Shown: piece by piece, positions 35,971 to 42,862 of the stretch
Layout: each line of letters starts with the position of its first letter
Position numbering within the stretch: the stretch's first letter is position 1
Origin: a virus
Lineage: Duplodnaviria > Caudoviricetes
Length of the DNA: 42,862 nt
Virus record (IMG/VR): IMGVR_UViG_3300010376_000064
Location: 1 to 42,862 of that record
Reading direction: 5' to 3' (one strand)
Notes under the pieces: generated by a model
Database searches by the model: none
Told to the model about the DNA's origin: nothing
What the model saw: only the letters and a program-made list of their open reading frames with translations
Made by a program: the position numbers and the translations under genes

Positions 35971-36699
35971 ATGCCAGATCGAGAACTCGCCCCTCCTGCG
36001 AGCGAAGCTCCCAGCTCGCCGTTGAAACCCTACAAATGTCCAAAATGTCCCGAGACCTTTATCAAACTTTCAGGCTTGGGATCTCATCTGCGTGTCGTCC
36101 ATGGTGTACACGGCAAATCCAAAACTGCTTTAGCTTTTAAAAAAAAGCGTGAAGCAGCAGGTAGACCGGGACGCTGGCACGAAAAAGCAAACAAATCGAA
36201 GTTCAAGTGTCCCGAGTGCGGCGAGCGGTTTAAGTTCTCACAGGTCTTGGGCCGACATCGACGCTATTCGCACGGTGTCATGGGATCTTCTTACGAAGCT
36301 CTAAAGCGCAACGGGCTCCGGTGTCCGCAGTGTGATTTCAAAGTAAAGAACGAAAAAGGTCTCGCAATCCACTTGTCGCAAGTTCATGGCGTGCCAGGTG
36401 CGAATGCCCGAAAAAATGAACTATCAAAACTCAGGAGAATGAATGGCCAAGCTGGCTCTAGTGAACTCGTCCACATCCCCGCAGTCGAAGGTGGTGACCA
36501 TGCCCAACAAAACGGCAGAGATCTTGCCGCCGAAACCCTCGCCGTTGCCTATGGCAGGTTCCAAGAATTTTGCCGCAATTTTGCGGAAGAATACGACTTA
36601 CCTGCGAGGTCTTTTGCCGCCCGATTCAGCGAGTTTGTATACGCCACGGCGGTACGGAAATCGCTTGGGGATTCCCATCGTTTGTCCGCATTGCGATGA
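35971..36699 (+). CDS. Protein with three classical C2H2 zinc fingers
   Basis: YKCPKCPETFIKLSGLGSHLRVVH, FKCPECGERFKFSQVLGRHRRYSH, LRCPQCDFKVKNEKGLAIHLSQVH. Start may be TTG 35941. Confidence 0.85.
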   Translation: MPDRELAPPASEAPSSPLKPYKCPKCPETFIKLSGLGSHLRVVHGVHGKSKTALAFKKKREAAGRPGRWHEKANKSKFKCPECGERFKFSQVLGRHRRYSHGVMGSSYEALKRNGLRCPQCDFKVKNEKGLAIHLSQVHGVPGANARKNELSKLRRMNGQAGSSELVHIPAVEGGDHAQQNGRDLAAETLAVAYGRFQEFCRNFAEEYDLPARSFAARFSEFVYATAVRKSLGDSHRLSALR

Positions 36700-36780
36700 T
36701 CGGCCGCCGCACTGGATCAGAGGCTATGGGCGCTGGCGCTGGATGACGTTTCACATTGCGACCAGACATACACACTAAGA

Positions 36781-36812
36781 GAAAAGGGGCGATTACTCGC
36801 CCCTTCTTTCTT
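36781..36812. terminator. Bidirectional intrinsic terminator
   Basis: AAGGGGCGA-TTAC-TCGCCCCTT stem-loop with A-rich left and T-rich right flanks, between the convergent gene blocks. Confidence 0.8.
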
Positions 36813-36949
36813 GCTGAATTGTGTCCAGTTCCCCAACTGGTTTCACGCGTTAGAGTTTAACATTGCGCCGGATGTAACACGTCTTGCCACCTCCTGCATC
36901 GAGATAGACAAGATCGAGGATCGGCAAATGCTGATGGCAATGAGGGCAC

Positions 36950-37144
36950 TCAGGAGTTGAGAGTTTGTCGCACGTCATCGAATGTTCGTTGTATGATGTT
37001 GACTGCACGGTCGAACCCCCTTGTATAGCCTTCCATGAATGTGAGGCGCTCTTCCAGACTGAGCTTGCGCTCGATATGTTTCTCATATTCGAGAGCGGCT
37101 GTTTCGATGGAGCTAGGTTTCTTGGCTTGCTTCTTAGTCGTCAT
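36950..37144 (-). CDS. Hypothetical protein
   Basis: AAGGA RBS on the - strand; FMEGYTRGF motif. Confidence 0.55.
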   Translation of the reverse strand: MTTKKQAKKPSSIETAALEYEKHIERKLSLEERLTFMEGYTRGFDRAVNIIQRTFDDVRQTLNS

Positions 37145-37189
37145 GTTGTGTAATCCTTCGTAGGCTGAGTTGTTATTTGTTTGCGGGGG

Positions 37190-37519
37190 CTAGATCTCTG
37201 ATCTCACTTCCGAATTGTTCTTTGCAAGATAGAGGTTGAACGCCTGACAGATGGCACGCTGCACGCTGATGCCCTTCTCTCTGGCGATCCGGCGAAACTC
37301 CCAGTGGACAGCTTCTTCCACGGGAGCAGCGAGAACCTTGGTGCGCTTCGAGACTGCATCTTGGCCAAGCAGCGGTGCCAGTTTGTCTGGGTTCTTCCTG
37401 CTGGGCCTCGCGTAGCTCTTCTTCTTCTTCGGGTGAGCTGCATTGCTCATCTCGTCTGCGAAGCTCTTGAGATTGGCAAGGCCAGCGCTAGCCTGCTCGA
37501 GGGTGCTTTCAGTGACCAT
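37190..37519 (-). CDS. ParG-like ribbon-helix-helix partition protein
   Basis: Overlaps the parA stop; flexible N-terminus; C-terminal VLAAPVEEAVHWEFRRIAREKGISVQRAICQAFNLYL RHH pattern. Confidence 0.75.
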   Translation of the reverse strand: MVTESTLEQASAGLANLKSFADEMSNAAHPKKKKSYARPSRKNPDKLAPLLGQDAVSKRTKVLAAPVEEAVHWEFRRIAREKGISVQRAICQAFNLYLAKNNSEVRSEI

Positions 37520-38150
37520 TGAGTGTTCTCCCTAGTTTGAAATGAAAGACGTATTCAGCCAGTGCAGCCGATTCTTCTGCAGCCTTGGAGACTTCGTCGA
37601 ATTCCGCCGCGACCTGGCCGACATTGCTGGCGTGGCGATGTGCGGCGCGTAGATGCATGATCACCGGGCTGACCGTGTGTCCATGCTTGGTGATGAAAGC
37701 AGCCGCAGTGGCCGCATCGCGACCTTGGATCGGTGCCTTGTTGATGACGAAGACGGCTGCAGGATCTCCAGCGATACGGAGAAGCTTCGCGGTCTTAACG
37801 ACGGTTTCCAGTGAGAACATGTGAGGCTCAATGGGGATGAGCACCAGATCGGCCACGCGAGCCGCTTCTGCCGCATCCATCGACGAATGAGGTGGTGTGT
37901 CGATCACGATGAGATCAACGCCGTGACTCTTCGCCTTGGCAATCGCTGGCTCAAGCCTCGCGGCGGGAGTAGCGATCACCATGGGCGTCTCGTTCTTGCG
38001 TCGATCCGTCCAGTGTGTGGCTGTGGCCTGCGGATCGATGTCCAGAATCGCAGTCAACATGCCATAACGTACGGCAGCAGCGCCCAGATCGAGTGTGAGA
38101 GTGGTCTTGCCCACGCCCCCCTTTTCCGATAACACTGCGATGACATTCAT
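37509..38150 (-). CDS. parA: Type Ib ParA partition ATPase
   Basis: KGGVGKTT deviant Walker A, DIDPQ, IVIDTPP, ADLVLIP; 213 aa with no N-terminal HTH. Confidence 0.95.
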   Translation of the reverse strand: MNVIAVLSEKGGVGKTTLTLDLGAAAVRYGMLTAILDIDPQATATHWTDRRKNETPMVIATPAARLEPAIAKAKSHGVDLIVIDTPPHSSMDAAEAARVADLVLIPIEPHMFSLETVVKTAKLLRIAGDPAAVFVINKAPIQGRDAATAAAFITKHGHTVSPVIMHLRAAHRHASNVGQVAAEFDEVSKAAEESAALAEYVFHFKLGRTLNGH

Positions 38151-38273
38151 GTGGTGATCCTAGTTTCCTATTTTCTTAGGTTGCAATGAAAATATTGTAG
38201 ACGGTAGCCTGCGTGGATACTGCCGCTCAAGATAAGCCAAGACAAATTCAATGAAACTCATGCCTCTTTCCTT

Positions 38274-38483
38274 TCAGCTCATGGCTATGAGGAACAGAAC
38301 AACAATCAGCCCTACGACGACCATCGCAGCAATCAGCAGCAGAGCAAATGCCCAGTGACCCGTGATCAAACAAAAGCCGAGTAGGGCCCCCACCAGCCAA
38401 TCGAGGATTTGACTGCCGCAGTTGCACTCACACTTGCATGGTTCAGGCTTGTCATAGGATCGGTTCAAGGATGAATAGGTCAC
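38274..38483 (-). CDS. Small membrane protein
   Basis: Two hydrophobic segments; CKCECNC; GTGA coupling. Confidence 0.6.
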   Translation of the reverse strand: MTYSSLNRSYDKPEPCKCECNCGSQILDWLVGALLGFCLITGHWAFALLLIAAMVVVGLIVVLFLIAMS

Positions 38484-38680
38484 TTCGCCTCCATTCCCTC
38501 GCGCACATCGGGCACGTCTTCATAGTGGCAAACAGAGAAACCGCAGAGCCGACAATGCACAGTCGGACCTGAGATCACAACCCGCTCGCCTACCCAGATG
38601 TCACGTCCGCATGAATTGCAGTCGGCTGTGAAGGTCGATTCGGTCCAGTAGGGAACCAAGGTCTTCGGTTTCGGAGTCAC
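38480..38680 (-). CDS. Small zinc-binding protein
   Basis: CNSCGRDIWVGE...HCRLC; GTGA coupling. Confidence 0.65.
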   Translation of the reverse strand: MTPKPKTLVPYWTESTFTADCNSCGRDIWVGERVVISGPTVHCRLCGFSVCHYEDVPDVREGMEAK

Positions 38681-38988
38681 CGCTGCACCTCCAACACATC
38701 GGAGAAGAGGCCAGCTTCATTGCAGACGCAGGAGAGGAGCTGCCCGTGACACCGTGGGCACTCCTCCCAATCACAGCCAGAGTGATGGTAGCCAAACAGG
38801 CTGATGCCGCAGTCAGGACACTTCACAGGACCGTCGTCTGGCCCTCCGAAGCGGGTCTCATTGCCGAATGGGATCTTCGCCAAGTCGACGACGCCGCCGA
38901 CGCGGCCGAATGGTTCAAAGAGTAGTTTCTTGCTGCTGCACGAGACAGCCTTCTTCATCTCTCGCTTGCAGACGTCACAGATTGCCAT
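38677..38988 (-). CDS. Cys-rich zinc-binding protein
   Basis: CDVC; CPDCG....YHHSGCDWEECPRCHGQLLSCVC. Confidence 0.75.
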   Translation of the reverse strand: MAICDVCKREMKKAVSCSSKKLLFEPFGRVGGVVDLAKIPFGNETRFGGPDDGPVKCPDCGISLFGYHHSGCDWEECPRCHGQLLSCVCNEAGLFSDVLEVQR

Positions 38989-39069
38989 AAAAGCCCCTTT
39001 CTTAAGTCCTAGGAGGCGCTAGGACGCGTTGATAGTGCCCGGGTGATGGTTTTCCCCATCCCCGGGCTT

Positions 39070-39609
39070 TTAGGCGTGCCCCATGGGCAGATCGCGGAAG
39101 TAGTCCGACATTCGACCTGTGGTGTAGCCAGCATGTTCCGGTGCGAAATGCTCCCGCTCTTCCCAGACAATCGTGGTGCCATCACGGTGGTAATACTGTA
39201 TGCAGCTCGCAACGTGGAGTGCCGTGTTCACCGCGCAAACCAGCGCCTCGCGCCGCTTCACCAGACCGCGCCGCTCTGCCTCTTGGCTGCCGATCTGTTG
39301 GACTATCGCAGCGATCTCCTCGTGATTGGGCCCCAAGATCTTGGTCAGCCAAGTGTCCGAAAACGAGAAGACGGCATAACCCTGAATGGCCTTCACGCGT
39401 TCCCGTACGGTCTCGACCATGGCTTCAGTGACGCGGTAATCATCGGGTGCGATGCCTTCGCCTCCAGCAGCCACTACCGTCTCTGCCTTTTCCGGCCCAT
39501 AGACCACAAAAAGCAGAGGCAGCTCGCCAGTCATCTCAAGAGCGATCTTCTGCTGATCGAGCGCCTCCCATGCTCGCTCGATCAGTGCGGACATTGTTGG
39601 TTGCTTCAT
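39070..39609 (-). CDS. Hypothetical early protein
   Basis: ATGA-coupled start at 39609 after GGGAG; SDTW...RREAL motif. Confidence 0.65.
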   Translation of the reverse strand: MKQPTMSALIERAWEALDQQKIALEMTGELPLLFVVYGPEKAETVVAAGGEGIAPDDYRVTEAMVETVRERVKAIQGYAVFSFSDTWLTKILGPNHEEIAAIVQQIGSQEAERRGLVKRREALVCAVNTALHVASCIQYYHRDGTTIVWEEREHFAPEHAGYTTGRMSDYFRDLPMGHA

Positions 39610-39839
39610 TGTGTTTGCTCCCATATCACCGCTCCCTTGTCGACGGTGATTTGCGTTACGTGTGCGCCGTTCCACTCAGCCAGAGTGTCAAAGCTTACGA
39701 CGGCAGGCTCGAAGCCCTTGCAGACCGTCTCGCGCCACTTGCGATAAAGCTGGCGCTCTGCCAGATCTTGAGACGAGGCGGCCACGACCACTGTGTAGCC
39801 GCCAGCGTCACAAATGCCTACCCAGATCTCAGCTTTCAC
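39606..39839 (-). CDS. Hypothetical early protein
   Basis: GGAG RBS; coupled on both sides. Confidence 0.6.
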   Translation of the reverse strand: MKAEIWVGICDAGGYTVVVAASSQDLAERQLYRKWRETVCKGFEPAVVSFDTLAEWNGAHVTQITVDKGAVIWEQTQ

Positions 39840-40426
39840 TTGGTTTCTCCGATCACCGCATCTGGGTGAAGCTTATGGACGCACGGCTCACAGAATGCCA
39901 TGCCAAGCTCATTCTGCAGCGTTGCTGGCTTGCCGCACATGGTGCAAAGCTCTGGTTTCTGCCATTCGATCTTGGTGATGCTAAAAGCAGCAGAGATCAT
40001 TTCCTCAGTGGTGGCCTTGAGGCAATAAGCTTCCCAGCGCTGGCGCTCCCCATCAGTCATGTAGTGCGCGATCAGATCGCCGAAGGCATTCTCAGCCTCA
40101 ACCTGTTTTTCGCTGCCCCACTCCTCAGTGACTGCGACGTTGGCCAGCCGCTGCAGTTCCAGCTTGTCGGTCTTCTCGAATTCGTGAAATGCATCCATCA
40201 TGACGTCGTAGATGTCGAGGTCAAAGCGATCTGCGAGACGAAAGCACTCATAACGATTGCCATCAAACTCTGCAGCCTTCGTTTGATTGAAAGACTGCTT
40301 GCCGCTCCTGTTGACATAGTTTGCCGCCGCTGTGTCAGGGTGAAAACCCCACTGGCACAAGTTCCAGAAATAACGCGCATGAACCTTCAGAGCTTCCTGC
40401 GCCGCTTGTTTGGTGGTCACTTCCAT
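39836..40426 (-). CDS. Hypothetical early protein with C-terminal zinc ribbon
   Basis: GFHPDT..ANYVN motif; CTMCGKP...FCEPC. Confidence 0.65.
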   Translation of the reverse strand: MEVTTKQAAQEALKVHARYFWNLCQWGFHPDTAAANYVNRSGKQSFNQTKAAEFDGNRYECFRLADRFDLDIYDVMMDAFHEFEKTDKLELQRLANVAVTEEWGSEKQVEAENAFGDLIAHYMTDGERQRWEAYCLKATTEEMISAAFSITKIEWQKPELCTMCGKPATLQNELGMAFCEPCVHKLHPDAVIGETK

Positions 40427-40496
40427 GGTTTTACTCTCTTGGGAATGTATCCCTGTCTGCCGCAGTGTCTGCAGCACACAGGGCGACATGCGCCCC

Positions 40497-40691
40497 TTAA
40501 ACTTCTGCTTGCACGTACTGTGTGAGCTGTTGCGCCAACAGTGCGGACTGCGACGGAGTGAGTTTCAGCGCCACCTGTTGACCGTTGATATCCATCAGGA
40601 TGAGGTTGGCCCGTGTGCCGCCATCCATGAAGACCAAGTCTGTTTGTCCGTTGCCGCCGAAGTTTCCCTCGATTGAATAGTCGATTTTCAT
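40497..40691 (-). CDS. Hypothetical early protein
   Basis: GAGGAG RBS before ATG 40691. Confidence 0.6.
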   Translation of the reverse strand: MKIDYSIEGNFGGNGQTDLVFMDGGTRANLILMDINGQQVALKLTPSQSALLAQQLTQYVQAEV

Positions 40692-40802
40692 ATGGTTGAT
40701 CTCCTCAGTGTTTCGATTTCCGTTTGGCGACTGACTCGCGACCGAAGGCAGCGAGCCAGTAGCAGAGAACTGCAAGGCAGAATCCGATCCCCCCGTAATT
40801 CA

Positions 40803-41321
40803 TTAGGGACGCAGTTCAGTGTGTGACCAGTCGAGAATCTTGTGCGTCAGCTCATCGAACGATTCTGCGAATGGATAGTTGACAGTTGCCATGTCATGCC
40901 CGGTCACGCTGGAAAGTTCATTCCAGATGTTGGACAATTCGATGGCTGCCTTGGCGAAGGCCTTGCGAGCCTCAAGAAAGGCCTTCGCTTTTTCGGGGTA
41001 CTCAAGGAACGTTTCAAGTGCGTGGGTTTCGTCATCGCCGTTATAAAGCGAATGACTGACACCAGAATCGTTGACCTTGTGAATCGCGACACCGAAGCGC
41101 GGCCAAGCTGGGCCATTCTCGCGCATCTGCGGATCGGGATGCTCGATCCACAGAGCCATATAGGTGTCTGCATCGATCACCTTTTCAAAGTGGGGGCAAA
41201 CATCATGATGCCAACTGTTATCTGCGATTGCACCAGCGTTGACCAGCTGGTCAAGTGCTGCGGGGACGGCATAGGCAGCAGAGAATTCATGCTGCCAGAG
41301 TGGTGTGTTTGGGTTATCCAT
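40803..41321 (-). CDS. Hypothetical early protein
   Basis: AAGGA RBS; DNSWHHDVCPHF...LWIEHPDPQMRE and YPFAESFDEL motifs recalled from phage early genes. Confidence 0.7.
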   Translation of the reverse strand: MDNPNTPLWQHEFSAAYAVPAALDQLVNAGAIADNSWHHDVCPHFEKVIDADTYMALWIEHPDPQMRENGPAWPRFGVAIHKVNDSGVSHSLYNGDDETHALETFLEYPEKAKAFLEARKAFAKAAIELSNIWNELSSVTGHDMATVNYPFAESFDELTHKILDWSHTELRP

Positions 41322-41541
41322 TGTTTTCGTCCTTTGCGGGGAGTTTCAAATTTGCGAGCCATGACGGACCATAGGAATTGCGGACGTTTTGCAGCGCCGC
41401 GCGGTCTTCCATATAGCAGCCGTACTGGCCAGTCATCCATGCGTGACGCAGAGCAGACTTCCAAGTGCGTCCGTAGTATTTCGCGACTCGCTGAAGTGCG
41501 GCGAGTTGGTCAGGTGTTAGTTGTTTCGTGTTGCTGGGCAT
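41314..41541 (-). CDS. Hypothetical early protein
   Basis: AGGAG RBS; LTPDQLAALQ...YGRTWKSALRHAW..G...LQNVRNSYGPSWL motif. Confidence 0.72.
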   Translation of the reverse strand: MPSNTKQLTPDQLAALQRVAKYYGRTWKSALRHAWMTGQYGCYMEDRAALQNVRNSYGPSWLANLKLPAKDENNG

Positions 41542-41620
41542 GTTAGCGGCTCCTCAGGTGGTGCAGAATTCGCACCACTATTTCAATTGCGTGAAGAATC
41601 TTGATTACGGTTTCCATGGT

Positions 41621-41863
41621 TTATGCGTACACTCCATGCGGTGTGCTGATGTACTCGCCATGAATGTTTGCGACCGTCAGCGCAGTCAGGTACGCATCAG
41701 TAGACATGTCTTGAGCGATGCTTGAACGGAGACCACCAAGCAAGGTAATTGCGGCGCTCTTCTCATCGAAGAATACGAAGACACTGTCAGAGTTGATGAT
41801 GTGATGAATAGCGCGATCAACCATCAGGTATCCCGCGATTTGACCATTGGACGTTATTTGCAT
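41621..41863 (-). CDS. Hypothetical early protein
   Basis: AAGGAG RBS overlapping the upstream stop. Confidence 0.55.
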   Translation of the reverse strand: MQITSNGQIAGYLMVDRAIHHIINSDSVFVFFDEKSAAITLLGGLRSSIAQDMSTDAYLTALTVANIHGEYISTPHGVYA

Positions 41864-41873
41864 AGGTGGCTCC

Positions 41874-42620
41874 TTACTTGGTGATCTGAACTAGTGTGGA
41901 AGTTTTGACCACGAATCCGGTGCAGTCGAGTTTCGCTGGGCCCTTAGCACGCAATCCGATGATTGCGCCCTGATAGCCATCTAGAAAGCGGAGGTCATGC
42001 TGATCACCATCAATGACCTGAACTCCCATAAACGCGCTAGGAAGCGCTTGATTTTTCTTGGTGTCAAACACCACAGCCACGTTGAGACCATGCGCGAGGG
42101 TATCGACACAAGCGGAGTCATTCGACTCGGAATGGGAAAATGTCAGATGATAGTTGGGACGCGTACGCTGCCACGCTTTGGGGAGTTTGGTGTAGTCATA
42201 GAAAGTGACAGAAGGAAATTCGCTGGCCATTTGCATCCCCAGCCACGCAAGATCTGATGTGCCGTTAATACGGACTGCGGGTTGCAGCCCCATCTTGGCC
42301 GCGTCCCTGATCAGCTTGTTAATGTCATAGCGGAGACACGCAAGAAAGTGTTCGCGATCATCGAATAGACGGTTAGTCTTGGCAACGCGTGCAACGATGA
42401 TTGATGGAGTAAAGGATGCGCGTCCAGCTTTGTAGAGGCATCCTTGCGTGCATCCCTGCGTTGCCATGGGGCAAAGGTTTCCACGTCCAGCCTCATTTGC
42501 TGGGGCCAAATACAGGATGCCAGTCCGATAACCTAATGCCTGACCCTTGATTGTCTTAGCATTCTCATAGGTAAGCAACGTCCGATAGTTCACTGGCCGT
42601 TGGTGTCGTCTTGATTTCAT
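41874..42620 (-). CDS. gp88-family protein (radical-SAM-like Cys cluster)
   Basis: CPMATQGCTQGCL, VRINGTSD, FYDYTK, NYHLTFS, NVAVVF, IDGDQHDLRF, IIGLRAKG. Confidence 0.8.
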   Translation of the reverse strand: MKSRRHQRPVNYRTLLTYENAKTIKGQALGYRTGILYLAPANEAGRGNLCPMATQGCTQGCLYKAGRASFTPSIIVARVAKTNRLFDDREHFLACLRYDINKLIRDAAKMGLQPAVRINGTSDLAWLGMQMASEFPSVTFYDYTKLPKAWQRTRPNYHLTFSHSESNDSACVDTLAHGLNVAVVFDTKKNQALPSAFMGVQVIDGDQHDLRFLDGYQGAIIGLRAKGPAKLDCTGFVVKTSTLVQITK

Positions 42621-42626
42621 AGGAAA

Positions 42627-42656
42627 ATACTACGCCCTCAGAGCCCATGGTGTCAA
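42627..42656 (-). promoter_or_regulatory. Sigma70-type early promoter, probably giving a leaderless mRNA
   Basis: - strand TTGACA(42656-42651)-18 nt-TAGTAT(42632-42627); the ATG at 42620 is 7 nt downstream. Confidence 0.65.
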
Positions 42657-42776
42657 TAAGAAAATATGAAAATATGACAGGGCAAACCTATGAAGACAAA
42701 GCTATTTAGTGAAGTCTATACAGGGTGTGATCGCTACAAAATAGCCGAAAGAAGTTAGTATAGGACCAAGTCTCGT

Positions 42777-42860
42777 TACGATTTTTCTTGACACCGGCGG
42801 TATGTTTGAGGTAATGCCGGTGCCAGGTCTTCATACGATTTTTCCTTGACAGCACCGGCG
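42777..42860 (+). repeat. Imperfect direct repeat containing TTGACA
   Basis: TACGATTTTTCTTGACACCGGCG (42777) and TACGATTTTTCCTTGACAGCACCGGCG (42834). Confidence 0.65.
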
Positions 42861-42862
42861 AG

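Larger units (their letters stand above)
1..42862. mobile_element. Podovirus-like phage genome, likely plasmid-type prophage (phage-plasmid)
   Basis: Replication, packaging, head, tail, ejection, lysis-like and early modules are all present. No host housekeeping synteny. ParA plus RHH partner present, no integrase. Both ends lie in intergenic AT-rich DNA with consistent gene orientation across the junction. No tape measure or sheath gene recognised. Confidence 0.88.

Noticed and set aside
39043-40525. Long + strand ORFs in the early region
   Set aside because: Antisense to a coupled series of RBS-supported - strand genes.
1-42862. Integrase/att sites, protelomerase telomere palindrome, terminal direct repeats, tRNA genes
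   Set aside because: None recognised by eye. A tRNAscan run and an HMM search would be needed to exclude divergent cases.

Overview
The window looks like a complete or near-complete (circularly permutable) genome of a tailed dsDNA phage with podovirus-like architecture, probably temperate and maintained as a plasmid. The + strand carries replication genes (HTH initiator with internal iterons, DnaB helicase, XRE regulator, VRR-NUC nuclease), then packaging and structural genes (TerL, portal, scaffold, N4-gp56-type major capsid, tail tubular/adaptor proteins, GNAT-like and ejection proteins, fibres, a beta-helix tailspike, a SleB-like hydrolase). The - strand block at 36.8-42.6 kb holds a type Ib ParA/RHH partition pair, small early genes and a gp88-family gene. 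No integrase, protelomerase, tRNA, CRISPR array or reverse transcriptase was recognised. DnaB, the XRE protein and the GH39 enzyme look Acidobacteriota-like; this is from recollection and was not searched. The main oddities are: (1) a C5 DNA methyltransferase ORF whose +1 frame carries two further genes back to back, an EcoHK31I-beta-like motif IX subunit and an HNH nuclease; (2) a TerL whose nuclease acidic residues appear lost; (3) several virion-module proteins, including the tailspike and probably the capsid protein, with signal peptides or membrane leaders, plus a lysin-like protein lacking the usual catalytic Glu; (4) a protein with three eukaryote-style C2H2 zinc fingers; (5) a membrane-anchored GH39 enzyme; (6) a tandemly duplicated ejection gene; (7) an 8-bp repeat at four intergenic sites, a candidate centromere/operator. 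All product calls come from reading motifs by eye, without database searches.
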